Assembly: GCA_964385015.1 (NCBI GenBank)
Contig: CAYLLS010000001.1
Span: 101,918-165,917 of the forward strand
DNA: 64,000 nucleotides
Source of the DNA: an uncultured Myxococcales bacterium
GTDB lineage: Bacteria; Myxococcota; UBA727; JABDBI01
Direction of reading: 5' to 3'
Shown: positions 1 through 10,580 of the stretch, in pieces
Numbering within the stretch: the first letter of the stretch is position 1
Layout: each line of letters begins with the position of its first letter
Program-made: the position numbers and the translations under genes
The notes under the pieces: model-generated
What the model was told of the DNA's origin: nothing
The model's input: only the letters and a program-made list of their open reading frames with translations
The model's database searches: none

Positions 1-832
1 TTTGTTCTCTTTCATCATGGCCACCACCCATTCCAGCACCTCTTTGTCTTCCTACAGCGTCAATCTCATCTATAAAAATAATGCAGGGAGAATGTTTTTT
101 CCCTTGATCAAATAAATCTCTTACTCTACTTGCTCCTACTCCTACAAACATTTCTACGAAATCAGATCCAGCGATGCTAAAAAATGGCACACCTGCTTCA
201 CCAGCAATAGCTTTTGCTAATAGTGTTTTACCTGTTCCTGGAGGACCCATTAATAATACACCTTTAGGAATTCTACCTCCTAATCTTGTAAATTTTTTGT
301 GTGATTTTAAAAATTGAACAATTTCCTCTAACTCTTGTTTAGATTCATCTACTCCAGCTACATCTGCAAATGTAATTTTAATTTTATTTTTATTCAGCAT
401 TTTAGCTTTATTACGACCAAAAGAAATAGCCCTCCCGCCTCCTGATTGTATTTGTTTCATAAAAAATATAAATAATCCTATAATCATTATCATAGGCAAC
501 CATTGTATTAAAATGACCCAAAAAGTACTAACTTCTTCTTTTTTAATTTGATATTTTGTAGAGTATTTAATATTGGCGTTAATAAGTGATTTTAAAATAC
601 TATCTGTTAGAATCCCTGTAGTTTTAAAATGATTGCCATTTTTAAATTCTCCTACAAATGTTTGTCCTGATATGGTGATTTGCTTAATTTGTCCATTATT
701 AATAGCTGCAATGATTTCGGAAAATATTCTTTCATTTTTTTGATTATTAGAATGTCCAAATAAGCCCCAAGCTGTTATAATAAACAATCCAAACATTAAC
801 CATATTAGTAATGTTTTTTGATATTGCTTCAC
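1..832 (-). CDS. ftsH: ATP-dependent zinc metalloprotease FtsH, N-terminal ~277 codons (gene continues beyond window start). Not in the ORF track; found by manual translation of the reverse strand. Likely GTG start at 830-832.
   Basis: Reverse-strand translation gives a periplasmic/TM region ending ...[115 protein letters not shown]. This is near-colinear with E. coli FtsH (FFMRQMQGGGGKGAMSFGKSKARML...TFADVAG; Walker A GPPGTGKT). Confidence 0.85.
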   Translation of the reverse strand, partial: MKQYQKTLLIWLMFGLFIITAWGLFGHSNNQKNERIFSEIIAAINNGQIKQITISGQTFVGEFKNGNHFKTTGILTDSILKSLINANIKYSTKYQIKKEEVSTFWVILIQWLPMIMIIGLFIFFMKQIQSGGGRAISFGRNKAKMLNKNKIKITFADVAGVDESKQELEEIVQFLKSHKKFTRLGGRIPKGVLLMGPPGTGKTLLAKAIAGEAGVPFFSIAGSDFVEMFVGVGASRVRDLFDQGKKHSPCIIFIDEIDAVGRQRGAGMGGGHDEREQ

Positions 833-932
833 CAATAAACTCCGTTTTATATATATATTATGTAAGTTAAATTTATATATTTTATATGTTAATATTATTT
901 CATAGAAAATTACAATAATAATGAAAAATTAG

Positions 933-1964
933 TCAACATTTTTTTTTTATAATAACTTGGTTTTTAAATATAATTATTGTTGCATATGCAATATGGCAAT
1001 ATTTTTTTTTCTGTTTTGTAAAATTTAAACTGTTTTTATTATTATAAATAATATTTGCAATTACGTTTATAGATTTTTCAGTATTTCTGAGGTCTTTTTT
1101 ATGTAGTAATAATGATAATATATGTTTTAATATGATTTTTATTATTGCCTTTGTATGTTTTTTAAAATACAATTTAATAATTGTTATGTTTTTTATAGAT
1201 ATATTTAATATATTTTTTGTTATGTGTAATAATGCTCGTTCATTATTATATGTTTTTTGTGATAGTATAAATAATCTTTTAATGATATGATGATAATATT
1301 TTTTTAGTTTCGGTATTATGTTATATCTTATTTGAGCTCTTTTTGATATTTGTTGTATATCTAATTTGTCTTGAAAGTAGTTAATTATATTTGTTGCATT
1401 TAGTGATAGTAGTAATGTTTTTTTATATATATGTGCAAATGGTCTTAGTAGAGTTAGTTTATACATATATATTTTATTAACTAATCCACTGCCTGATATG
1501 CCTCCTCCATATCCAAACAAGTTTAATAAATATCCTTCAGCGCTATCATTAGCATGATGGGCTGTGCAAATAGATTGAATATTGTATTTTTTAGCTAAAC
1601 GCCATAATTGTTTATATCTAAGAATACGCAAGTTAGATTCATTTTTATTATTTATATTTGGTAAATTAATGATTTTAGATTTAAATCCTAGTGTTTTTGC
1701 TCTAGCAATTACTATATTGCCTTCATTGTATGATGTATTTTTTGTTTTATGATTACAAAACACTATTATTAATTTATCTAAAATATTATTTGGCCATTGA
1801 ATGATACTTTCTAATAAAAGTCTAGAATCTGAACCGCCGCTAATGGCTAATATTATACCATTCATAAGATATGGCTTTATATTAATATTAAATGTATTAA
1901 AAATTGGTTGAAGAGATCTTCTTTTTATGGTTTTTACTTTATTTGTGTTTAAATAATTATTCAT
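933..1964 (-). CDS. tilS: tRNA(Ile)-lysidine synthetase
   Basis: PP-loop motif LAISGGSDS near the N-terminus; 343 aa; sits next to ftsH as in many bacteria. Confidence 0.8.
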   Translation of the reverse strand: MNNYLNTNKVKTIKRRSLQPIFNTFNINIKPYLMNGIILAISGGSDSRLLLESIIQWPNNILDKLIIVFCNHKTKNTSYNEGNIVIARAKTLGFKSKIINLPNINNKNESNLRILRYKQLWRLAKKYNIQSICTAHHANDSAEGYLLNLFGYGGGISGSGLVNKIYMYKLTLLRPFAHIYKKTLLLSLNATNIINYFQDKLDIQQISKRAQIRYNIIPKLKKYYHHIIKRLFILSQKTYNNERALLHITKNILNISIKNITIIKLYFKKHTKAIIKIILKHILSLLLHKKDLRNTEKSINVIANIIYNNKNSLNFTKQKKKYCHIAYATIIIFKNQVIIKKKC

Positions 1965-1988
1965 TATAATAAAATATATTTAATATAT

Positions 1989-3098
1989 TTATATATTTTG
2001 TGATTCTATGTTTTTATTAATTAATAATCCACATGCAGCATTTATATCAATGCCTCTAGCTTGTCTAATAAATGTTGTTAAATTATTGTTTAATAATATA
2101 TTTTGAAATTTGATTATTTGTGTATAAGTTGGTGTTTGAAAAGCACTATATATATGTGGATTATATGGTATTAAGTTAATTTTAATATTTAATAATTTTT
2201 TCATTAAACAAACAAGTTCCATAGCATGTTTGTTGTTATCATTTATATTTTTAATTAATACGTATTCAACAGTAATTTTTTGATTATTTTTTAGTGGATA
2301 TTTTTTACAAATTTCCATTAATGATGCAATATTCCATTTTTTATTAATAGGCATTATTTTAGTTCTTATTATATTATTTGGTGCATTTAAGCTAATAGCT
2401 AATTGTACATTAGTTTCATGTCCTAATTTAATAATATTTTTAATAATACCTGATGTTGATACAGTAATATTCTTAGATGAATATAATTGTCCATGTTGAT
2501 GTTTTAATAAATTAATAGAACGAATAACATTTTTATAATTATGCAATGGTTCTCCCATTCCCATATAAACTATATTATGTATTATTCGCATGTTTTTAAT
2601 ATATTTATTATTAAAATATTGTTGTGGCCAATGTATGTTGTGTAAATTAGTTAAGACTTCATAAATTTGACCTATTATTTCTGATGGGAGCAAATTACGA
2701 ATAATTTTATTTTTTCCTGTTGCACAAAAAGAACAGTCCATAGCGCAGCCTATTTGACTAGATATACATATAGTGCATTTTTTTGATTGTGAAAATCCAC
2801 ATATCAATACGCTTTCTATAATATGTCCATCAAAACATTTAAATATATATTTTCTTGTGTCATCTTTACTTGTCATAATTTTAATTATTTTAGGACTATA
2901 TATTTTATATGATGATATTAATATATTTCTTAACGGTTTAGGAATATGTATGATATTTTGTATATTATTAATGCGTTGTTTATGTAATGAAAAAAATATT
3001 TGTTGTGCTAAATATGATTTATAGCCTAATTTTAAGATGATTTTTTTTAACTCTGTTCCATTAAGGCTAAGTATGTCTTTTTTTTTGTAATATTTCAT
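1989..3098 (-). CDS. rlmN: 23S rRNA/tRNA m2A methyltransferase RlmN (radical SAM)
   Basis: Radical-SAM CxxxCxxC motif (CAMDCSFCATG); 369 aa, typical RlmN length and C-terminal region. Confidence 0.85.
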   Translation of the reverse strand: MKYYKKKDILSLNGTELKKIILKLGYKSYLAQQIFFSLHKQRINNIQNIIHIPKPLRNILISSYKIYSPKIIKIMTSKDDTRKYIFKCFDGHIIESVLICGFSQSKKCTICISSQIGCAMDCSFCATGKNKIIRNLLPSEIIGQIYEVLTNLHNIHWPQQYFNNKYIKNMRIIHNIVYMGMGEPLHNYKNVIRSINLLKHQHGQLYSSKNITVSTSGIIKNIIKLGHETNVQLAISLNAPNNIIRTKIMPINKKWNIASLMEICKKYPLKNNQKITVEYVLIKNINDNNKHAMELVCLMKKLLNIKINLIPYNPHIYSAFQTPTYTQIIKFQNILLNNNLTTFIRQARGIDINAACGLLINKNIESQNI

Positions 3099-3183
3099 GT
3101 ATGTATTTTGAATATATTATATTTTAATTGTAATATTAAATTATAATTATTGTCTCAATATTAATGATTAGTTATAATATTTA

Positions 3184-3393
3184 TTATATAAATCGTTTTT
3201 GTGCTAATCTTTTTTCTCTTTTTCTAGTTCTTGCTTCTGCTGCCCTTGATTTTAATTTTTTTTTTATTGATGGTTTGAGATAGTATTCTCTTTTTCTCAC
3301 TTCTTTTAAAATTCCAGCTTGCTCAACTTTACGTTTAAATCTTTTTAATGCTTTTTCTACATTTTCACCTTCTCTTAATAAAATTTTTATCAA
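3184..3393 (-). CDS. rpsU: 30S ribosomal protein S21
   Basis: 69 aa, KALKRFKRKVEQAGILKEVRKREYYLKPS closely matches S21 ([27 protein letters not shown]). Confidence 0.9.
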   Translation of the reverse strand: MIKILLREGENVEKALKRFKRKVEQAGILKEVRKREYYLKPSIKKKLKSRAAEARTRKREKRLAQKRFI

Positions 3394-3497
3394 TGAGACA
3401 CCTCATTATGATTATATGTATTTAAAATAATATTAATTTAATACTTAATAATAATGAATGTGTATGTCAATATATTTATTTACAAAAAATTAATATT

Positions 3498-4916
3498 TTG
3501 AGGAGTGTTGTGTCTTTATATTTTTATTTTGCTTTAATGTGTTATATTATAATATTAAGTATTATTTGCGTGATATATTATCAAAAACAAATTCAAAATA
3601 AAGATTTTGTTTTAGGCAATCGAAAATTAAACTATTATATTGCAGCAATTTCTGCAAATGCTTCTGATATGAGCATATGGATATTTATGGGATTGCCTGT
3701 TAATATTTATAAAGGTGGATTGATTAATTTTTGGATTGTTATCGGATTAGTTGTTTTTATGTTTTTAAATTGGCATTTTATTGCTCTTAAATTAAGAAAT
3801 GATACAGCAAAATATGATGCAATAACATTATTTTCTTATTTTGAATATAAGTTAGATGATAAACATGGAATGATAAGAATTATTAGTGCATTTTGGAGTT
3901 TGTTTTTTTTATTAATTTATATTGCAGTTGGAATTATTGGTATAGGGTATTTTTTTAAATTAATGTTTAATATTAATTATAATGTAGGATGTAGTTTAGG
4001 CGTTGTTGTTATTGTTATATATAGTTACATAGGAGGGTTTAATCTTATATCTATTATTGATTTTTATCAGGGAATGTTCTTATGTGTTGTAGTGTGTTTG
4101 GTCCCAATATTAGGATTAATTAAAATTGGCAATATACATGTTATTAATAATATATTATTTAATGTAAATGTATTTTATTCTTTTATGTCTAATTTAAATA
4201 ATGATATGATAATAAAAATATTTAATTTAAGTATTGGATGGGGATTAGGATATTTTGGACAACCTCATATTTTAAATAAATTTATGGCGATTAAAAATGA
4301 TCATGATATTAAAAAAGCTAAAATTATTAGTACAGTATGGCAAATTTTAACTTTATCATTTTCTGCACTAGTTGGTGTTGTTGCTATTGTTATTTTAGAA
4401 AATGTTGATAATGTTCAATTAATTTTTGTTTATATGGTCAATGAATTAGTTAGTCCATTTTTTGCAGGAATAATTTTATGTGCTATTTTATCTGCTACGT
4501 TATCCACTGTAGATTCTCAAATTTTAGTTTTATCTTCTATTATTAGTGAAGATATTTATAAAAATATAATTAATCATAATGCATCACATAAACAAGTTTT
4601 ACAAGTATCTAAATATAGTGTTATATTAATTGCTATTATTAGTTTATTGATTGCTTTATATACACGAACAAGTATTTTTGAATTAGTACATTATTGTTGG
4701 ATTGGATTGGGTTGTGCTTTTGGTCCTCTTATTATCATGTGTTTATATTATAAACATATTAATAAATATGGAGCTTTAAGTGGAATATTAGTTGGTGGTA
4801 TTTTGGGATCTATATGGCTTTATTTTGAATTTAGTATTTCAGCTTCATTTTTAGGTTTTGGTTTTGGGTTGTTAAGTATTTTTTTTGTATCTAAATTGAG
4901 TTATAAGTTTATTTAA
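3498..4916 (+). CDS. Sodium:solute symporter family transporter (PutP/PanF-like). The ORF begins with TTG at 3498; the real start may be GTG at ~3511, after an AGGAG at 3502-3506.
   Basis: Multi-TM protein with the SSS-family signature region GNRKLNYYIAAISANASDMSIWIFMGLP (compare PutP ...ALSAGASDMSGWLLMGLPG); 472 aa. Confidence 0.7.
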   Translation: MRSVVSLYFYFALMCYIIILSIICVIYYQKQIQNKDFVLGNRKLNYYIAAISANASDMSIWIFMGLPVNIYKGGLINFWIVIGLVVFMFLNWHFIALKLRNDTAKYDAITLFSYFEYKLDDKHGMIRIISAFWSLFFLLIYIAVGIIGIGYFFKLMFNINYNVGCSLGVVVIVIYSYIGGFNLISIIDFYQGMFLCVVVCLVPILGLIKIGNIHVINNILFNVNVFYSFMSNLNNDMIIKIFNLSIGWGLGYFGQPHILNKFMAIKNDHDIKKAKIISTVWQILTLSFSALVGVVAIVILENVDNVQLIFVYMVNELVSPFFAGIILCAILSATLSTVDSQILVLSSIISEDIYKNIINHNASHKQVLQVSKYSVILIAIISLLIALYTRTSIFELVHYCWIGLGCAFGPLIIMCLYYKHINKYGALSGILVGGILGSIWLYFEFSISASFLGFGFGLLSIFFVSKLSYKFI

Positions 4917-4922
4917 TGTAAG

Positions 4923-5795
4923 TTATTTTGTTATGCCAATAATTTGTCCCATATGAATTTTGTGGCCTAAATGTTGTATATGAGGTATAAAAAAATTATG
5001 AGAAGAAATTAACATTAATATTGATCCAAATTCGAATCTTCCTATTTCTTCACCTTGTGCATAATATTTGTTATATAATTTATAATGTTTTTTGATATTA
5101 TTTTTATTAGTTATTACATAATTATCAAAATTAATTTTTATTTTTCCTACTAATGTTGCTCCTATAGCAATAATAGCTAATGTATGATTAAATTTATATT
5201 TAATGTTATTGATAAAAATAATTATTCTTTCGTTTTGACATAGTAAATTTTTTATATTTTTAATAGCTATTGAATCTACAGGCCATAAATTTCCTGGAAT
5301 ATATATGCATTTATTAATATATCCATTTATAGGCATATGAAATCTATGATAACTGTATGGTGCAAGATATAATGTAATAAAATATCCATTATTAAATGTT
5401 TGTGATGAATAATTATCACCTATCATATCATATAGGTTATATTGTTGATGTTTTATTTTCATTATCATGTTGTTATTTATATTGCCAGATTGAATCAAGA
5501 ATCCATCACATGGGGATATAATATTTTGCATGGATATATTAATTTTCCTAGCATTATGTTTTAATTTTCTAGTAAAAATATCTTGTAAACTTATAAATTG
5601 ATGTAAAGGTTTATTGATTTCTTCAATGTTTATTGTGAATAAATAAATAAATAGTTTTATTTGTATTGTAGATATATGTGTAGGTAATTTTAGCTCTAAT
5701 ATTTTACTTATTAATTTAGAAATTAAGTTTTTTGGAATTAGTATTATAATATATTTATATAGTTTATGTATTGGTGATGTAAGTTTATAAGACAT
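4923..5795 (-). CDS. psd: Phosphatidylserine decarboxylase proenzyme
   Basis: 290 aa; conserved psd core (YHRFHMP, GEEIGRFEFGSIL near the C-terminal pyruvoyl-forming site). Confidence 0.8.
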   Translation of the reverse strand: MSYKLTSPIHKLYKYIIILIPKNLISKLISKILELKLPTHISTIQIKLFIYLFTINIEEINKPLHQFISLQDIFTRKLKHNARKINISMQNIISPCDGFLIQSGNINNNMIMKIKHQQYNLYDMIGDNYSSQTFNNGYFITLYLAPYSYHRFHMPINGYINKCIYIPGNLWPVDSIAIKNIKNLLCQNERIIIFINNIKYKFNHTLAIIAIGATLVGKIKINFDNYVITNKNNIKKHYKLYNKYYAQGEEIGRFEFGSILMLISSHNFFIPHIQHLGHKIHMGQIIGITK

Positions 5796-5835
5796 AAGGT
5801 TAAATATATATAGTTATTGTGATATTATATAATTA

Positions 5836-7359
5836 TTATGTTTCATAAGATAATGTAAGAGTAGACCTAGAGCTTATTAATGGGTATGAATAGTGTCTTG
5901 CTTTAGAGAATGCTATAATGTTATTGCTGATTAAAGACATAGAAAAATTGTTAATTTGTGCTAATATAATATGAAAATTATTTTCACACAATATACGAAA
6001 TTCACCTGGATCTGGATATATTATGTCGTTAGGTATAAACATTTGAAAATATCCATTGTATGATATAGGAATGGAAAATATTTTAAAATTATATTGAATG
6101 TGCATATCGCTGCCAACGTTTAATGCATATTCAATAATTTTAGCATGTAAGTCATAATTTGCAATTATACCAAGATCTATATATGGCATACTGTTATATG
6201 TATCAATTACATAACCGGCAAAGAAATTGAATTTCTTGTCTTTTATAGAAAATTTTTTTCGCACAGAATAATATCCTTCTAATTTTGATTTTGGTGTTCT
6301 TTGCATAAGTTGTGTTGCATAAGTTATGTTAATCATAGGAGTTATATGAGCTGAGTTAATATATTTATAATTGTATTGTTTTGTTGGAAATTGTATTGAC
6401 CAATTTAAATTTAATTGATCAATTCTAGCATCTTGTTTATTCCATATATCCATATTTTTATAATATCCAAATCTCACATTTTTGTTATATTTTAATGAAA
6501 TTGAAAACTTATTTGTTATATATTTTGATTTATGTGTTAATGTTGTTTTGAATTTTATAAATATATTATTATAATCTGCTCTGCGTAATTGGTTATTTGA
6601 TAAATATAAGTGTTCTTGGCTTATATATCGTTTTAAAATATGTAAGTACTTATTAGAACGCAAATGTGACATGCCTATATTGCACGTGTTTATATCCCAT
6701 GATATTTTTGGGTGTTTTATATGATAATTGGTTAATTTATAATTATTATATAAAATTGAATAAATGTTTTGAGATTTATTTATTAAGTTATTTGTATTAA
6801 GTATGTTGTATTTAAAGTTAGATGTTACAGAAGTTAAAACATTGAACAGTCTCATTGGATATACATGTTGCATAGATTTTTCTAGTATTAATCTATTAAT
6901 ATGATTATCATTATTATGTTGAGACATGAATGATATCATATTAAATATATTTTTACTTATTATTAATTTATATATGTTATTATTGACTATTGTGATAACC
7001 TTGGATTGTTGTGTTTTCATATGGTTAGCATATGATATTGTATAATTATTATGTGGTGGATGATTTGTTAAACGAATTATGCGTCTGAGCTTTTTGCCTT
7101 TTATGTTTAATGTTACAATTTGATTTTTCTTTGTTATTAATTGTTTGATTATATGATTTTCATTTTTATATATTTGTGGTTTATGTATTTTAATGGGATT
7201 AAGAATTACGATATCTGCATTTTCTTTATTTAATAATATATTGCATAAAATTTGATTGATTTTAATTACAGTAATGTTATTATTGTTTATGTTGTTTGAA
7301 TGAGCAAAAATATTTGTTATATAAATAATTAACATAATAATGATTTTTTGTTTCATCAT
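5836..7359 (-). CDS. Secreted/outer-membrane protein of unknown function (signal peptide; Tyr/Asn-rich alternating beta-strand-like C-terminal half; possibly an LptD/FadL-like beta-barrel)
   Basis: N-terminal signal-like segment MMKQKIIIMLIIYITNIFAHS; 507 aa; no recognisable catalytic motif. Alternating hydrophobic and Tyr pattern typical of OM beta-barrels. Confidence 0.35.
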   Translation of the reverse strand: MMKQKIIIMLIIYITNIFAHSNNINNNNITVIKINQILCNILLNKENADIVILNPIKIHKPQIYKNENHIIKQLITKKNQIVTLNIKGKKLRRIIRLTNHPPHNNYTISYANHMKTQQSKVITIVNNNIYKLIISKNIFNMISFMSQHNNDNHINRLILEKSMQHVYPMRLFNVLTSVTSNFKYNILNTNNLINKSQNIYSILYNNYKLTNYHIKHPKISWDINTCNIGMSHLRSNKYLHILKRYISQEHLYLSNNQLRRADYNNIFIKFKTTLTHKSKYITNKFSISLKYNKNVRFGYYKNMDIWNKQDARIDQLNLNWSIQFPTKQYNYKYINSAHITPMINITYATQLMQRTPKSKLEGYYSVRKKFSIKDKKFNFFAGYVIDTYNSMPYIDLGIIANYDLHAKIIEYALNVGSDMHIQYNFKIFSIPISYNGYFQMFIPNDIIYPDPGEFRILCENNFHIILAQINNFSMSLISNNIIAFSKARHYSYPLISSRSTLTLSYET

Positions 7360-7455
7360 TGATAACCCTGATAGATGATTGATAATATAAGAATTTTGTT
7401 TTGCATGTTGTATTAAATATATGTTATTTGAATATAAAAATGTTTAATAATAATG

Positions 7456-9588
7456 TTATAAAAAATCTCCTGGATTTTTATCTTTAGCTTTTTTGTAGCT
7501 TAGTCTAATTTTTCCATTTTTATTAATGCTTGTTACTGCAATATTTATTTGATCTCCTTCTTTTAGTATATCGTTTACTGTATTTACTCTTTTATGTGAT
7601 AATTCTGATATGTGACATAGACCTTCTGTTCCTGGAAAAATTTCTATAAAAGCACCAAAATCAAATATTTTTTTAACTAATCCTTTATAAACCATATTGA
7701 TTTCTACTGTTTTAGATAAGTTTTTAATAATTTCAATGGCATGATCTATTTTAGCAAGACTTACTCCTGATACTTGAACTGTGCCATTATCATTAATATC
7801 AATTTTTGTATTAGTTTTCGATATAATATTTTTTATAATTTTACCCCCAACACCAATTACATCTCTTATTTTAGTTGGGTTGATATTAAATGAAACTATT
7901 TTAGGTGCATGTAATGATAATTTATTAGGTGTAGATATAACATTTTTTATTTTATTTAATATATATAGATAACCTTGAGTTGCTTGTGTAAAAATCTCTT
8001 GTAAGTTTTTAGTTGAGATATGTGCATTTTTAACATCCATTTGTATAGCTGTAATCCCTTTTTGTGTACCACAAATTTTGAAATCTATATCTCCTATATG
8101 ATCTTCATCTCCTGAAATATCACTTAATATTATATCTTGTTGATCATTTTTTATTAATCCCATGGCTATTCCTGATATTATGTTTTTGATATTTACACCG
8201 CCATCTAATAGTGCTAAACTAGCTCCACATACTGTTGCCATAGATGAAGAGCCATTAGACTCTAATATATCTGATACTAATCTAATTGTATATGGGAATT
8301 CTTCTTCGTTAGGAATTATGTTAGCTATAGCTTTTTCAGCTAATGAACCATGTCCAATTTCTCTTCTTGAAATGTTTTTTAATATGCGTGTTTCATTTAC
8401 ACAGAATGGCATAAAATTATAATGTAACATAAATTTTTTAGAGAAATTATTTGCTAAAGTTTCTATTTTTTGTTCATCTTCACGTGTGCCTAATGTGAGA
8501 GTTACTAAAGCCTGTGTTTCTCCTCTAGTAAATATAGCTGAACCATGTGTTCTTGGCAAGCAATTGGTTTCTGCGTATATTTGTCTAATTTCATTATATT
8601 TTCTTCCATCTTGTCTTGTTTTTGTTGTTATCAAATTATTGCGTATTATATTTTTTTTTATATTATCAAAACATTGGATAGCGATATTTTCATTATGATT
8701 ACTGAATTTATTTATAATTTCGTTTTTTATTTTATTAATATAGTTATTTTTGATTCTTTTGTTTGTCATATTTAAAATATCAGATAATTTATGTTGATTA
8801 CAAATTGTTTTTATATCGTTTATCATGTCATCATTTGATTGTTCATTCCATGGTGTTTTTATTTTGCCTATCATATTACCCATATCAATAATAGTATTTA
8901 TAATTTTATTGTTATATTCTTGTGCAAAATTGATAGCTTCTATAATATCATCTTTTGAAATTTCTTGTGAGTGACCTTCAATCATTATAATAGAATCTTT
9001 AGAACTAGTAATGAGTAAATTAATATCACTATTATTTTGTTGTGATATACTTGGATTTGCTATAAGTTTATCATTAATTTTTCCAATTTTTATTCCTGCT
9101 ATAGGTTTTATAATTGGTATATTGCTAATATGTAATGCCATCGCAGCTCCACATAATGCCAATACATCTGTATCTTGTTGTCCGTTATGTGAGATGACAG
9201 TAGTGATTATTTGTGTTTCATAATTATAGTTATTTGGAAATAATGGTCTAATAGATCTATCAATAATACGTGATCTTAAGATTTCATGATCTTTAGGTTT
9301 AGATTCTCGTTTGAAAAATCCGGCTGGAATTTTACCAGATGCATATGTTTTTTCTATATAGTCACATGTTAATGGCAAAAAATTAATATTTGTTTTAGGT
9401 TCTAATGATGAGCATACAGTAGCCAAAACTATTGATTCTTCACATTTGACGATTACTGAACCTGCAGTGTTTTTTGCAATTTTACCACTTGAAAATTCAA
9501 TTTCATGATCACCTATTAATATTTTATTGCTATAGTAGTTATTGCTATTATGTATGAATATATTATTTTTTTTAAGTTCTGTTGGCAT
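7456..9588 (-). CDS. pnp: Polyribonucleotide nucleotidyltransferase (PNPase)
   Basis: 710 aa; two RNase-PH-like repeats, a KH GxxG motif (VIGVGGKIIKNII) and a C-terminal S1 domain; immediately downstream of rpsO as in the conserved rpsO-pnp operon. Confidence 0.9.
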   Translation of the reverse strand: MPTELKKNNIFIHNSNNYYSNKILIGDHEIEFSSGKIAKNTAGSVIVKCEESIVLATVCSSLEPKTNINFLPLTCDYIEKTYASGKIPAGFFKRESKPKDHEILRSRIIDRSIRPLFPNNYNYETQIITTVISHNGQQDTDVLALCGAAMALHISNIPIIKPIAGIKIGKINDKLIANPSISQQNNSDINLLITSSKDSIIMIEGHSQEISKDDIIEAINFAQEYNNKIINTIIDMGNMIGKIKTPWNEQSNDDMINDIKTICNQHKLSDILNMTNKRIKNNYINKIKNEIINKFSNHNENIAIQCFDNIKKNIIRNNLITTKTRQDGRKYNEIRQIYAETNCLPRTHGSAIFTRGETQALVTLTLGTREDEQKIETLANNFSKKFMLHYNFMPFCVNETRILKNISRREIGHGSLAEKAIANIIPNEEEFPYTIRLVSDILESNGSSSMATVCGASLALLDGGVNIKNIISGIAMGLIKNDQQDIILSDISGDEDHIGDIDFKICGTQKGITAIQMDVKNAHISTKNLQEIFTQATQGYLYILNKIKNVISTPNKLSLHAPKIVSFNINPTKIRDVIGVGGKIIKNIISKTNTKIDINDNGTVQVSGVSLAKIDHAIEIIKNLSKTVEINMVYKGLVKKIFDFGAFIEIFPGTEGLCHISELSHKRVNTVNDILKEGDQINIAVTSINKNGKIRLSYKKAKDKNPGDFL

Positions 9589-9656
9589 TATTTGTCCATA
9601 ATTTAGTAGTTATTGAATATTAGTATTGTATAGTTAGTATAAGGGATATATATAGA

Positions 9657-9911
9657 TTATTTTCGTAATTTTAATGTTGCAATTAATTGTTTATAACGTT
9701 TGATGTTAGTTTTATTTAAGTATTTTAGTAAATTTTTTCTTTTATTTACTAGAATCAATAATCCTCTTCTTGAGTGATTATCTTTTTTATGTTTATTAAA
9801 ATGATTAGTTAAATAATTAATTTTTTTTGTAAAATTAGCTATTTGATATTCTGATGATCCAACATCTTTATTATGAATTTTAAAATCATTAATATTGATA
9901 TTTGTTTTCAT
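9657..9911 (-). CDS. rpsO: 30S ribosomal protein S15
   Basis: 84 aa, ...GSSEYQIANFTKKINYLTNHFNKHKKDNHSRRGLLILVNKRKNLLKYL matches S15; rpsO-pnp synteny. Confidence 0.9.
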   Translation of the reverse strand: MKTNININDFKIHNKDVGSSEYQIANFTKKINYLTNHFNKHKKDNHSRRGLLILVNKRKNLLKYLNKTNIKRYKQLIATLKLRK

Positions 9912-10031
9912 ATGTATCCTTAATTTTGTTTAATAGAGGTTATTGATTTATTCATTAAGAAGCAACTTTATGAATTATAATAAGTAACTTTATTTTAAAG
10001 TATTAAAATGTAATAAAATAATGTCAGCATT

Positions 10032-10580
10032 TTACCATATAATTTCATTTTTGTGAAATAAATTATTTAATGCACGGCTTATGGTAAAAAATAGATCACT
10101 TAATCTATTTAAATATATGATGATTTCAGGTCTAATATTGTTATAGGTTTTATTTAATGCAATAATAATTTGTTCTGTTTCTCTTATTTCTACTCTAGCT
10201 AAATTACATTTACAAGATAATTCACAACCAATTGGTAATATAAATTTTTTTAATTTTGGTAATTGTTTATTAATTTTATCAATAAATGATTCTATATATG
10301 TTATTCTATTATATTGTATTGTGTTTTTTAATTGTATTTTTGTATTGTCATGTTGTACAATTGCTAATTCTGCACCTATGTTAAATAGATCTTTTATAAT
10401 ATTATGTATTTCATTTTTATATAGTATGGGTAATTTTTTATCAGAGTATATATATCCTATATATGCGTTGATTTTATCTATAGAGCCATATGCTATGACT
10501 TGAAGATCACTTTTTAAAATTCGTTTTTTACCTAATAAACTTGTGTATCCTTTATCACCAGTTTTTGTATAAATTTTCAT
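10032..10580 (-). CDS. ATP:cob(I)alamin adenosyltransferase, PduO/MMAB type
   Basis: 182 aa, N-terminus MKIYTKTGDKGYTSLLGKKRILKSDLQVIAYGSIDKINAYIGY is the PduO-type signature (TGDxGxTSL...K). Confidence 0.75.
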   Translation of the reverse strand: MKIYTKTGDKGYTSLLGKKRILKSDLQVIAYGSIDKINAYIGYIYSDKKLPILYKNEIHNIIKDLFNIGAELAIVQHDNTKIQLKNTIQYNRITYIESFIDKINKQLPKLKKFILPIGCELSCKCNLARVEIRETEQIIIALNKTYNNIRPEIIIYLNRLSDLFFTISRALNNLFHKNEIIW

